Of a stretch of 64,000 bases of DNA, positions 36,163 to 45,134 are shown piece after piece. Source of the stretch: a virus; the IMG/VR virus record IMGVR_UViG_3300022743_000002, positions 23,751 to 87,750 of that record; one strand, given 5' to 3'. The number at the start of each line of letters is the position of its first letter. Position 1 is the first letter of the stretch. The position numbers were made by a program, and so were the translations under genes. The notes beneath the pieces were generated by a model. It worked only from the letters and a program-made list of their open reading frames with translations, was not told where the DNA came from and made no database searches.

Positions 36163-36797
36163 GCGCCGTCGTGTCCATGATGGTGGGCGGCCACGAGCGC
36201 GTCGCCTACACCGTCGAGCATCGTGGTAACTGCGTGCTGATCCACGGCGACGTGCCGGCAAGCGCGTTTGCTGTCCTGTCGCAACTTGCCTCACCGGAGG
36301 CAGTGATGGACCCTGACGTCGCCCGTATGTACGGCGTTACATTTGCAATGGGGATGCCGGACGACCTCGAAGCACTGCGATCTGCCGGCGTGCCTGCTGC
36401 AGAGCAACACATACGCGCCAGCGCTCCAGGCCTGAGCGAGGATGCCGTGCACTGGCTTGCCGGTGGCGAGCGCGGCATGAGCAGCGAGGCCATATTCACC
36501 TTCCTGACGGGCATCGACTGCACCGGCAGGATCCGCCTTCACGATCTTCCGCGCAGCTACGACCACCCTTACGACCCCGGGGATTTCAGGCGCTGCCGAC
36601 TGCTGCTTGAGCAGGTTCCTGAACTGGTACCGCTATTCCCAAGGATGGCCGGTGCGTCACCCCAGTGGTCTGCGCTGGTGCACGCATGGCCCGCGATTTG
36701 CGCCACCATGGATGCCGAGTGTCCAAGCTGGCGCGGCGCCAGCGAACAGTACGCACACCAAACATACGAACTCATCAAGAAGGCCATTGGCCGCTAA
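36159..36797 (+). CDS. Hypothetical protein
   Basis: GTGA coupling; W...GERGMSS...PYDPGDFRRC..LL. Confidence 0.72.
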   Translation: MSAVVSMMVGGHERVAYTVEHRGNCVLIHGDVPASAFAVLSQLASPEAVMDPDVARMYGVTFAMGMPDDLEALRSAGVPAAEQHIRASAPGLSEDAVHWLAGGERGMSSEAIFTFLTGIDCTGRIRLHDLPRSYDHPYDPGDFRRCRLLLEQVPELVPLFPRMAGASPQWSALVHAWPAICATMDAECPSWRGASEQYAHQTYELIKKAIGR

Positions 36798-36800
36798 GTC

Positions 36801-38093
36801 ATGAAAATCAACCATATTTCCATTTCCAACATCCTCGGCATCACTGAGCTGGAATTCAGCCCCGAAGGTTTCACCCAGATCAGCGGCCCCAACGGCACCG
36901 GCAAGACGTCCGTTCTGGAGGCTATCAAGTCCGTCCTGCAGTCCGGCCACGACGCCACCTTGCTGCGCAAAGGCGCCGAAAAGGGCGAAGTTGTGCTGGT
37001 CCTGGACGACGGCATGGAGCTCTCAAAGTCCGTGACGGGCTCCGGCAGCACCACCAGTGTGCGCCGCGACGGCAAGAAGCTGACGCGCCCCGCTGAAGCC
37101 ATCAAGGCGCTGACAGATAGCCTCAGCGTCAACCCGGTGGACTTCCTGCTGGCGCCCAAAAAAGACCGCGTGAAGGCCTTGCTGGAAGCAATGCCGCTGG
37201 AAGCCGACACCGCGCACCTGGCCGAGATTGCCGGGTTCCCGGTGAAGGCTCAGCCCGGCCTGCACGCCCTGCACGTAATCAGCATGGTGCACCAGCAGGT
37301 GTACGACGAGCGCACCGGAACCAACCGTGCCGTGAAGGAGAAGACCGCCACCATCAACCAGCTGGAGGCAGCGGTACCGCCGGCGCCCCAGGGCGTGGAG
37401 GGAAGCGAGTCCGATCTGATGGCAGCAGTCACCGCCGCCGAGACAGCGCGCACCACCACACTAACCAAGATCCAGACCAAGTTGGACGGCCTGCGCACCG
37501 ACGCACAGGCCAAGATCGATGCCATCAAGGCCCAAGCCCAAGCGGATATTGATGCCGTGCGCGCCGAGTTGTCGGAGAGCGAGGGCAAAGCCCAGGCCGC
37601 ACGCGACAAAGCTGTCACCGCATGCACCAGCGCCACTCAGCCACTGCACTCCCAGCTCCAGGTCATCCGCAACGACCGCGAGGCCAGCGGCCGGCGCCAG
37701 CAGACGTTGGACACCATCGCCACGCTGCGCACCGAGCTGGAGACACTGACGGCGGACGCGGCCGCGCAGACCCAGGCACTCGACGCCATCGATGCCTACA
37801 AGTCCGAACTACTGTCGAGCCTGCCAATTCCTGGCCTGGAGGTGCGCGACGGCGAGATATTCCGCAACGACGTGCCGTTCGATCGCCTAAATACAAGCCA
37901 GCAGGTCGAGGTAGCCGTGGAGATAGCTAAACTTCGCGCCGCGGATCTGGGAGTGATTTGCGTCGATCGGATCGAGTGTCTCGACAGCGCAAGCCTTGAA
38001 GCCTTCAAAGCCGCTGCGATCGCAAGCGACCTGCAGTTGTTTGTAACCCGCGTCGCCGACGACGGATTCTCAATCGAAACAACAAATAAATAG
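36801..38093 (+). CDS. SMC/Rad50-like coiled-coil ATPase
   Basis: GPNGTGKTS, long coiled coil, LNTSQQ, ICVDRIECLD. Confidence 0.85.
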   Translation: MKINHISISNILGITELEFSPEGFTQISGPNGTGKTSVLEAIKSVLQSGHDATLLRKGAEKGEVVLVLDDGMELSKSVTGSGSTTSVRRDGKKLTRPAEAIKALTDSLSVNPVDFLLAPKKDRVKALLEAMPLEADTAHLAEIAGFPVKAQPGLHALHVISMVHQQVYDERTGTNRAVKEKTATINQLEAAVPPAPQGVEGSESDLMAAVTAAETARTTTLTKIQTKLDGLRTDAQAKIDAIKAQAQADIDAVRAELSESEGKAQAARDKAVTACTSATQPLHSQLQVIRNDREASGRRQQTLDTIATLRTELETLTADAAAQTQALDAIDAYKSELLSSLPIPGLEVRDGEIFRNDVPFDRLNTSQQVEVAVEIAKLRAADLGVICVDRIECLDSASLEAFKAAAIASDLQLFVTRVADDGFSIETTNK

Positions 38094-38153
38094 CCAAATT
38101 TGAGCACGGTCAACAAATACTCAAATATAATCAAGTCTCATTTTGGAGAACCC

Positions 38154-38696
38154 ATGAAAACCTTCATTCAAATCGCGATACCGTCCGGGCACGTCTACGA
38201 AATCCCGGTGGCGGCGGTCGCAAACAACCGTGCCGCGTACTACCACGCATCTCACTCCGACGAGTTCCCGACGCTGGAGTCTGCAATGGAGGACACCATC
38301 GAGGTATTCAAAGATGACCTCTACAACATCAAAGACTGGGCATCAGGCAATATGAATTGGGAGGACCTGGAGCCCCACGCCCGCCTGATCCGCTTCACGC
38401 CAGCCGATACGCCATGGCACGAAGGCGAGTGGACCTATCACGACCACCGGGCGATGGTCGGAGAGCTGGATGGCGCGATGATCATGCAGTCGCCCGTGGA
38501 ATTCGTCGCGCAAACGATGATGGAGTCGCACCAGCTCTGCAACGTTACCGTACTGAATACCCAAGACGGTAGTCCGTTTGGCGCGGTGGTTGTGATCATG
38601 GGGACCTCACAGGTTGTCGACGCCTTCATTGCCACAATCAAATACACCGCCGAGCAGATCACCGGAGGATATTTGCCTCCAGAAGCAACTCACTAA
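38154..38696 (+). CDS. Hypothetical protein
   Basis: GGAG SD before MKTF; DWASGNMNWED. Confidence 0.75.
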   Translation: MKTFIQIAIPSGHVYEIPVAAVANNRAAYYHASHSDEFPTLESAMEDTIEVFKDDLYNIKDWASGNMNWEDLEPHARLIRFTPADTPWHEGEWTYHDHRAMVGELDGAMIMQSPVEFVAQTMMESHQLCNVTVLNTQDGSPFGAVVVIMGTSQVVDAFIATIKYTAEQITGGYLPPEATH

Positions 38697-38972
38697 CCCT
38701 CAACTCTGAAAGTAACTATGCAACGATCACAACCATTCGCCCGTGCTAGCGCAATGATGACACTTGTCGCAGCATCTATGTCGCTGAGCAGCGAGGGCCT
38801 GCGACAGGCCGCGCTGGCTGAAATCCCGCCCTACGAGTCCCGCGGCAAGGGCAAGGCGGAAACCGTAGTGCAGCCGGTGCGCAGATGGCTGGAATCCGTG
38901 CGGCTCGCAAGTCCCGCAACGTGCGTCGCCACCGCGCGGCATGCCGCGGCTAATAACCCTCAACTCTGAAAG
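38694..38972 (+). repeat. 19-bp direct repeat TAACCCTCAACTCTGAAAG (38694-38712 and 38954-38972)
   Basis: Exact match; each copy is 5-6 nt upstream of an ATG. Confidence 0.9.
38718..38969 (+). CDS. Small hypothetical protein, possibly frameshifted near 38853
   Basis: YESRGKGK; an alternative frame gives a basic tail ending at TAA 38951-38953. Confidence 0.55.
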   Translation: MQRSQPFARASAMMTLVAASMSLSSEGLRQAALAEIPPYESRGKGKAETVVQPVRRWLESVRLASPATCVATARHAAANNPQL

Positions 38973-38978
38973 ACTGAC

Positions 38979-40040
38979 ATGAGTGAAAACCTACCCGCAA
39001 CCCAAGAGCAGCAACACCAACCCGCGCCGTTCCAACGACATAGCCTGCCAGGTCACGGCATGAACGCCGGCGCCGTTGCGATTGAGTCCGAACGCGCCAT
39101 TGCTGAAGCCCAAGGCCAGCTCACGCTCGCCAAGCGCTTCCCGCGCAGCGTGACGGCATCAATCAGCGACTTCCTGGAGGCCTGCAACAGCCCGGCATTT
39201 GCGCAGACCGCCTTCTATAGCGTGCCCAACCGCGGCAGCGGACCCAGCATCCGCCTAGCTGAGGAGGCGGCGCGTTGCTACGGCAATTTTGTGTACGGCC
39301 ACCGAGAGCTGTCGCGAAGCGAAGGCAAGTCCGAGATTGAGGTCTATGCCTGGGATATGGAGAAAAACAACCGCTCCAGCCGCCAAATCACGGTTATGCA
39401 CGTCGTGGACACGAAGAACGGCCCCAAGAAGCTGGTCGACCAATCCGACATTGACAACAAGATCGCAAACGTCGCCAGCAAGCAGATGCGCGGCCGCATC
39501 CTGGCTCTTATGCCAAAACACATGATTGCCGCCGGCATTGAGGCTTGCAAACTGACGATTGCCGGAGGTGGCGAAAAGCCGATCAGCGAGCGCATCCTGG
39601 CAATGTCAAAGGCGTTCAGCAAGTTTGGCGTCAACTCGGCGCACCTCACTGCGCATCTCGGTCACGATCTTGACGACACTACCGTCGATGAGCTGGCCGA
39701 CCTGATGGGTATTTACAACGCCATCAAGGAAGGCGCCAAGGCGAGCGAGTATTTCAAACCGAATACCGACGGCGATGACGCCACAGCCAACACAGCGGCG
39801 TCCATATTGCAGCGCTCAAAGGTTTCAGCCGCGGCACGCATAAAGTCGCCGGATCAAACCACGACCACGACGCCTAAAAAAGAGACGGCGGCCGCCTTAC
39901 AAAAAAGCAATCCACCGGAACCCGATCGCAAGGCGGAGAAAGAGGAGGTTACCGAATCTCAACATAAGCAGCCCCCGAAAGATGCGACTCCACAGCGCGA
40001 GCAGGCATCAAGCGCAGCCGATGAAGACGACGTATTTTGA
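38979..40040 (+). CDS. Putative ssDNA-annealing/recombination protein
   Basis: AVAIESERAIAEAQ..AKRFPR, GPSIRLAE, AWDMEKN; acidic tail DEDDVF; same operon as the exonuclease. Confidence 0.6.
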   Translation: MSENLPATQEQQHQPAPFQRHSLPGHGMNAGAVAIESERAIAEAQGQLTLAKRFPRSVTASISDFLEACNSPAFAQTAFYSVPNRGSGPSIRLAEEAARCYGNFVYGHRELSRSEGKSEIEVYAWDMEKNNRSSRQITVMHVVDTKNGPKKLVDQSDIDNKIANVASKQMRGRILALMPKHMIAAGIEACKLTIAGGGEKPISERILAMSKAFSKFGVNSAHLTAHLGHDLDDTTVDELADLMGIYNAIKEGAKASEYFKPNTDGDDATANTAASILQRSKVSAAARIKSPDQTTTTTPKKETAAALQKSNPPEPDRKAEKEEVTESQHKQPPKDATPQREQASSAADEDDVF

Positions 40041-40061
40041 TGACAGATATAGGAGAGGGCG

Positions 40062-40265
40062 CTGACTAGGAAATATCTGACGCCAGCCGAGGTATCGGAC
40101 AGGTATAGCGGATCGGTATCCGTGCGCACTTTAGCCAATTGGCGTTGGGCTGGGAACGGACCGAAATTTACAAGAGTCGGCGGACGAATACTCTACGACT
40201 TGAATGAGTTGGTTAAGTGGGAAGACAAGCGCACTGTCGAGCACACCAGTGAGTACAGAAAATGA
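40062..40265 (+). CDS. Excisionase/AlpA-like HTH protein with a CTG start
   Basis: Manual translation: (M)TRKYLTPAEVSDRYSGSVSVRTLANWRWAGNGPKFTRVGGRILYDLNELVKWE; SD AGGAGAG; in-frame TAG at 40050-40052. Confidence 0.8.
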   Translation: MTRKYLTPAEVSDRYSGSVSVRTLANWRWAGNGPKFTRVGGRILYDLNELVKWEDKRTVEHTSEYRK

Positions 40266-40313
40266 AACATGGGCGGCGGGTTTACTCGCCGCCTAATTCT
40301 CAAGGGGATTATT

Positions 40314-40571
40314 TTGGGGCAGACTAAATTGGGCTCACTCATTGAGACCTGTATCGGCACAGCAATTGGATTTGTGCTTTCTATCGTCGCCAGCATTATT
40401 GTTTACCCGTTGTTCGGCGCCTACTTTACGATGGCGCAGAACTTCTGGATTACTGTCATTTTTACCATACTGAGCATTGCCAGAGGTTACGCGGTCCGGC
40501 GCTGGTTCAATGCTCGCATCCATGCCGCCGCAGAGCGAATCGCAGAGGCCGCACTCGATGCGCGCCAGTGA
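40314..40571 (+). CDS. Small conserved phage membrane protein
   Basis: QTKLGSLIE...GTAIGF...FT..S..R.Y..RRWFN. Confidence 0.75.
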   Translation: MGQTKLGSLIETCIGTAIGFVLSIVASIIVYPLFGAYFTMAQNFWITVIFTILSIARGYAVRRWFNARIHAAAERIAEAALDARQ

Positions 40572-41725
40572 CTCCAGCCAAGCGTGACAACAAGAAAGAT
40601 TTTATGGAATGGTCACCACAGCAAGCAGACGCACTGCTGAGAATTAAGCGCTGGGCACGCAATAAGAGCGCCCCACAGGTCATGCGGGTATTCGGGTTCG
40701 CCGGATCCGGCAAGACAACCATGGCCAAGGAAGTCGCCAACGACGTGACCGGCCAGGTGCTCTACATGACCTTCACAGGCAAGGCCGCGCTGGTGCTGCG
40801 CAAGAAGGGCTGCATCGGCGCCAGCACGATCCACAGCGCGATCTACAAGCCGGCAGAGGATCCAATCACCGGCCTGACGGAGTTCAAACTGAACCCCGAC
40901 AGCGACGTCCGAAACGCCGCACTTGTCATCGTCGACGAGGTGTCGATGGTTGGCGAAGATATCGGCATGGACCTGCTGAGCTACGGCACCAAGGTGCTGG
41001 TGCTTGGCGATCCGTTCCAGTTGCCACCCATCAAGGGCGAGGGATTTTTCACCGACGTTCAACCTGACGTCATGCTGACGGAAATTCACCGGCAGGCGGC
41101 AGACAACCCAATAATTCGCCTTTCGATGGACGTGCGCGAAGGCCGCGGACTGGTGCCGGGCGTGTATGGCGAAAGCGAGGTCTTGCGTCGTGGCGAAGTC
41201 GATAGGGAAGTCATGGCGGAAATGGTCATGGCTGCGGACCAGCTTCTGTGCGGCATGAACAAAACCCGCCAGACGTTCAATAAGCGGGCGCGTGAAATCA
41301 AGGGCATATCGGGTGGCCCTGGATTCGAGTGGCTGCCAGTCGCTGGCGATCGCCTGGTTTGCCTCAAGAACAACCGCATTAAGGGTCTGCTGAATGGCGG
41401 ACTCTGGGAGGCGCAGGAGGTGCGTAGCACCAGCAAGAAGATCGAAATGCGCGTCAAGTCACTAGACGAGGATGGCGCCGCCCAAGTGCTGGTGGAAACG
41501 CCGTTCGAGTTCTTTCTTGGGACAGAAAAGGACATGGATTGGCGCGAGCGCAAGAAGGCCGACGAGTTCCAGTTTGGCTACGCGCTGACGGTTCACAAGT
41601 CGCAAGGCAGTCAGTGGGACGACGTCCTGCTGTTCGATGAATCTCACGTGTTCCGCGAGACCGCCGCCCGCCACCTCTACACCGGCATCACCCGTGCCGC
41701 CGAGACTGTGACGGTGGTCGTATGA
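40568..41725 (+). CDS. RecD/Dda-like SF1B helicase
   Basis: GFAGSGKT, STIHS, IVDEVSMV, GDPFQLPP, YALTVHKSQGSQW, YTGITRA. Confidence 0.92.
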   Translation: MTPAKRDNKKDFMEWSPQQADALLRIKRWARNKSAPQVMRVFGFAGSGKTTMAKEVANDVTGQVLYMTFTGKAALVLRKKGCIGASTIHSAIYKPAEDPITGLTEFKLNPDSDVRNAALVIVDEVSMVGEDIGMDLLSYGTKVLVLGDPFQLPPIKGEGFFTDVQPDVMLTEIHRQAADNPIIRLSMDVREGRGLVPGVYGESEVLRRGEVDREVMAEMVMAADQLLCGMNKTRQTFNKRAREIKGISGGPGFEWLPVAGDRLVCLKNNRIKGLLNGGLWEAQEVRSTSKKIEMRVKSLDEDGAAQVLVETPFEFFLGTEKDMDWRERKKADEFQFGYALTVHKSQGSQWDDVLLFDESHVFRETAARHLYTGITRAAETVTVVV

Positions 41726-41910
41726 GCCAGCAAGTCTATGAGCTCGATTACGACTTTGGCGACCTGCTGGACGAAGCCAAAGACAACGCCAGCGGGAGCT
41801 GGGAAGAAAACTTTGTCGACGACCTTCGCGACAAGTTCGAAGCGTACGGCGACCGCATGTACCTGTCCGAGAAGCAGGAGGAAATACTCCAGAGGATTGC
41901 GAAATGGTGA
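41722..41910 (+). CDS. Hypothetical protein
   Basis: Coupled; WEENFV..L...LSEKQ..IL.RI. Confidence 0.72.
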   Translation: MSQQVYELDYDFGDLLDEAKDNASGSWEENFVDDLRDKFEAYGDRMYLSEKQEEILQRIAKW

Positions 41911-42131
41911 CCGGCGTGCATATCCACGCGCCAGCCGGCTACTACCTGGGGCAGGTCCGTCGCCGTGGCGCGCAGCGCTGGCGCACCGTTACCGGCAAAT
42001 GCAAGACCGATACCGCAGCAATGGCTCGCGCCGTTCTTGCAATGAACTCAGACGACAAGCGAGCCCGCGTTATCTGGTGCACTTACGACGGCTGGTACGG
42101 GCCAAGCCTGTCCATGCAGTGTGCGCGCTGA
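41904..42131 (+). CDS. Hypothetical protein
   Basis: Overlap coupling within the operon. Confidence 0.6.
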   Translation: MVTGVHIHAPAGYYLGQVRRRGAQRWRTVTGKCKTDTAAMARAVLAMNSDDKRARVIWCTYDGWYGPSLSMQCAR

Positions 42132-42442
42132 TGCCAACAGCCTACAGTCACTTGGCTGGCGCCGACGTCGACACCGCCGGCGAAGCGTGGCGACACGAGT
42201 GCGAATGCCGCTGGCTACTCGCCGAGAAGCCAACACGCAGCATGAAGCATCTGCACCTATATGGCGTGGTGGACCGCCAGCAGTTGATGGAGTTCAACCC
42301 GAAGACCGGTCGCCAGACGCTGGCATCCGACCACGCCAACCGGTGGACTGCAAAAAACCCTATGATGAAATATCGCGGCCTGGCTGGCGCCGATCACGTG
42401 CTGGCAGAGGCCAAGCGCCTGCACGACCTAACGACAAAATGA
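42131..42442 (+). CDS. Hypothetical protein
   Basis: TGATG coupling; EAWRHECECRWL. Confidence 0.7.
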   Translation: MPTAYSHLAGADVDTAGEAWRHECECRWLLAEKPTRSMKHLHLYGVVDRQQLMEFNPKTGRQTLASDHANRWTAKNPMMKYRGLAGADHVLAEAKRLHDLTTK

Positions 42443-42669
42443 CCAACGACAAACCAACTACAGTCTACGCGACCGAGCTGTACGACCCCATGATCAAGCC
42501 GCCCCCCAGGGGAGAGCCACTGCTGGTCATTCAGGAAGGCGGATGCCTGATCAAGTCGCACTGGTACGACGGCGCCCTTGCATGGGGCTACCTGCCCAAG
42601 ATCCCTCAGTCGGTCAAAGACCGAATGTCACCAACGCGCGCGAGCGCACAACCACAAAGGAAACCATGA
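42439..42669 (+). CDS. Hypothetical protein
   Basis: ATGA coupling; PPPRG...AWGYLPK. Confidence 0.65.
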   Translation: MTNDKPTTVYATELYDPMIKPPPRGEPLLVIQEGGCLIKSHWYDGALAWGYLPKIPQSVKDRMSPTRASAQPQRKP

Positions 42670-43118
42670 AACTCAAAGTCAAAAAGCTGCACACTGCAGC
42701 CGTTATCCCCCGCTACGCCACGACTGGCGCCGCGTGCTTCGACCTTCATGCTGTGCTGGAGGATGACGTCCACCTGCAGCATGGCCTTGTCGTCTACCCG
42801 GGCACACGCGAGGTGATCCGCACCGGTCTTAGCTTCGAGGTGCCGGAAGGCCACGTCATGCTGATCTATAGCCGCAGCGGCCACGGCTTCAAAAGCGGCG
42901 TGCGCCTGAGCAATGCCACTGGCGTGCTGGACTCAGACTACCGCGGCGAGTGCCAGGTGGCCCTGCACAACGACGGCAAAGCTAAATTCGTGATCAAAGA
43001 CGGCGACCGCATCGCCCAGGCCATGCTGCTGCCCGTGCCTGCGGTCGAACTGATGGAGGTCGGCGAGCTCAGCGCCACCGAGCGCGGCACCGGCGGATTT
43101 GGGAGCACTGGCAAGTGA
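42666..43118 (+). CDS. dut: dUTPase (trimeric)
   Basis: AACFDL, SRSG, GVLDSDYRG, GDRIAQ, RGTGGFGSTG. Confidence 0.95.
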   Translation: MKLKVKKLHTAAVIPRYATTGAACFDLHAVLEDDVHLQHGLVVYPGTREVIRTGLSFEVPEGHVMLIYSRSGHGFKSGVRLSNATGVLDSDYRGECQVALHNDGKAKFVIKDGDRIAQAMLLPVPAVELMEVGELSATERGTGGFGSTGK

Positions 43119-43243
43119 GACTATTCCACATCCACCGCTGGGCGGAGTGGTCCAGCGTCCAGGTCCACCCTGGTAACGGTCGCTTTTACCAAATGCGCTG
43201 GTGCGACAAGTGCGGCGCCGCCGATACGAGGTGGGTGTCATGA
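43115..43243 (+). CDS. 42-aa hypothetical protein
   Basis: GTGA/ATGA coupled on both sides; HRW..W...CDKCG. Confidence 0.55.
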   Translation: MRLFHIHRWAEWSSVQVHPGNGRFYQMRWCDKCGAADTRWVS

Positions 43244-43425
43244 CCCACCCCGCCGACGTTACCGACATACTCCGACAGGCCGCAATCCTGGTCGGAAAAG
43301 CGGAAGCGCTGGGGGTCACCCTGCGCATCACCGTGGAGCCGCTGCAGCCGCTCGCCATGGGCCACCATCACCACGTTATCGAAGCGTGGCCGGCGCGGCG
43401 TCCGGCGCAAAAATCACCCCAGTAG
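43240..43425 (+). CDS. Hypothetical protein
   Basis: ATGA coupling; LQPLAMGH. Confidence 0.65.
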   Translation: MTHPADVTDILRQAAILVGKAEALGVTLRITVEPLQPLAMGHHHHVIEAWPARRPAQKSPQ

Positions 43426-43466
43426 CCGCCAAAATCCCCCAATGTTCACAAGGCATCACTGGTGCC

Positions 43467-43763
43467 TTGCGCCCGACCTGCGCCCGGGCTAAAAATCCCG
43501 GGCGCGGCGTTCGGGCTTGACCCTCCCGAGCGATCTATGTAAGCCTCTGAGTTGCAAGTGAAATTCAGGAGTTTGGTTCAAAGCGCGCGGGCGTAGTTCA
43601 GTGGTAGAACGACAGCTTCCCAAGCTGGTCAGTCAGTATTCACTGGACTTCACACATGATCATTTTTGATCATATAATCAGTGTGTTAGCTGCCTAAACT
43701 GTTTTGAACACAACACTTAATTTCACTGCCCGTCACGATACGTTGCGCCCTAAATGCGCCCGG
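43467..43763 (+). other. attP region: tRNA-homologous core flanked by paired TGCGCCC arm-type repeats
   Basis: TTGCGCCCGACCTGCGCCCGG (43467-43487), TTGCGCCCTAAATGCGCCCGG (43743-43763), IHF-like AATCAGTGTGTTA; adjacent to the integrase. Confidence 0.8.
43587..43627 (+). pseudogene. 5' fragment of tRNA-Gly(CCC) (attP core)
   Basis: GCGGGCG-TA-GTTC AGTGGTA GAAC-GA-CAGC TTCCCAA GCTG; no T-arm and no 3' acceptor strand. Confidence 0.85.
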
Positions 43764-43801
43764 ATTGTTGGCGGTCACCAGTGCCATATTGCGAGACCAC
43801 C

Positions 43802-45070
43802 ATGCCAAAACTGACCAAGACAATCATTGACAACGCGCCAACCCCGGTCAGCGGTGATGCCTGGATCTGGGATGCCGATTTGGAGGGTTTTGGCATCCGA
43901 ATACAGGCCAGCGGACGCAAGACCTACGTGGTGCGCTACAGGACCAAAGACGCATCAAGGACGCAGCGCAAACTGACGCTCTGCCGGTGCGGCGACGCGC
44001 CGCCAGACAAGGCTCGCCAGATGGCGCGTGACGTTTTCATGCAGGTCGCCACGGGCACCGACGTCGTCGCCGAGCGCAAGCCCAACCGAGACAGCGCCAT
44101 TACTGTCCAGGCCATGTTCGAGGCCCGCATCGCCGCCATGCGGACCCGAGAACGTGCCAACGCCGACGAGGTCGAGCGCGTGCTGCTCAAGGCCAAGAAC
44201 AACGCCGCCGACTCGCTGGGGCGCGCCACGCCACCCGGACAAGTCACACCAGCCGACGTCGTCAAGTTTGTGTCTACGTTCTACGCCAAGGGTCACCGTG
44301 GCGCCGCAGACAAGGCAAGGGGTTACCTGGCGGCCGCCTTCGCCTGGGCTATCACATCGGCCAACGATTACACCGTGCAGGGTCGCCAGGACTGGGGCGT
44401 CACAATCAACCCAGCCGCCGCAGTAGCGAAGGACCAGGGCGCCATCAAGGTGCGCGACCGTAACCTGGATGGCGCCGAGCTGCGCGTCGTCTGGGAGGCA
44501 TGCAGCGATGGAAACGCTGGATTCACGGAGGGCGTCGAAGCCTGCCTAAAGGTCATGATTGCCTGTGGCCAGCGCGTGCAAGAGACGCTGCGCATGGACG
44601 GCAACGAGGTGGACCTGGACGCGATGGTTTGGCGCATGCCAGCCCACAAGACCAAAGGACGCAAGCGCCCCCACACTATCCCCCTGCCTCGCATCATCTT
44701 GCCGACGCTGATCGCCCTCAAAGACCAGTACGGCGACGGGCCCCTGTTCCCGGCTCGCAGCGGAACCAATGAACGACTTGGGATACTGAGCATCAGTCAG
44801 GCGGTGCGCCGGTGGCTGGATACCGATGGCAACACCATGGAGGCATTCCAGCCGCGTGACCTGCGCAGGACGTGGAAGTCGCGGACGCATGATGCCGGCG
44901 TTGACCGGTTCACGCGGGACCTGATCCAGCAACACGCCAAGTCCGACACCGGATCAAAAAACTACGACCGCGCAGACTATTTTGCGCAGATGCGCGACGC
45001 CATGGACAATTGGAACACGTGGCTCAACAGCGCGCTGTTTGATCGGCCCGAGCTGGTGCTGGTGGCGTAG
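43802..45070 (+). CDS. int: Tyrosine integrase with an arm-binding domain
   Basis: WDADLEGFGIRI..SGRKTY; GQRVQE, KTK, RDLRRT, QQH, NYDR. Confidence 0.92.
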   Translation: MPKLTKTIIDNAPTPVSGDAWIWDADLEGFGIRIQASGRKTYVVRYRTKDASRTQRKLTLCRCGDAPPDKARQMARDVFMQVATGTDVVAERKPNRDSAITVQAMFEARIAAMRTRERANADEVERVLLKAKNNAADSLGRATPPGQVTPADVVKFVSTFYAKGHRGAADKARGYLAAAFAWAITSANDYTVQGRQDWGVTINPAAAVAKDQGAIKVRDRNLDGAELRVVWEACSDGNAGFTEGVEACLKVMIACGQRVQETLRMDGNEVDLDAMVWRMPAHKTKGRKRPHTIPLPRIILPTLIALKDQYGDGPLFPARSGTNERLGILSISQAVRRWLDTDGNTMEAFQPRDLRRTWKSRTHDAGVDRFTRDLIQQHAKSDTGSKNYDRADYFAQMRDAMDNWNTWLNSALFDRPELVLVA

Positions 45071-45091
45071 TCGGGACGCGAGAATTCAAAC

Positions 45092-45122
45092 ACCGGGCCA
45101 AATCAGGCCCGGTTCATTTTTT
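45092..45122 (+). terminator. Probable terminator after int
   Basis: ACCGGGCC-aaatca-GGCCCGGT-tcatttttt. Confidence 0.6.
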
Positions 45123-45134
45123 CCAGAGGACACC

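Noticed and set aside
43587-43660. Functional phage tRNA-Gly
   Set aside because: No T-arm (GTTCRA) and no 3' acceptor strand; only a 41-nt fragment.
43725-43740. TCGTGA copies at about 43733, 25648, 50398 and 12450
   Set aside because: They lack the NANNNT hexamer at the 3-nt spacing, so they were not counted as late promoters.
43754-43801. Longer int start given by the ORF track
   Set aside because: It overlaps the arm-type repeat; the ATG at 43802 (MPKLTK) matches typical integrase N-termini.
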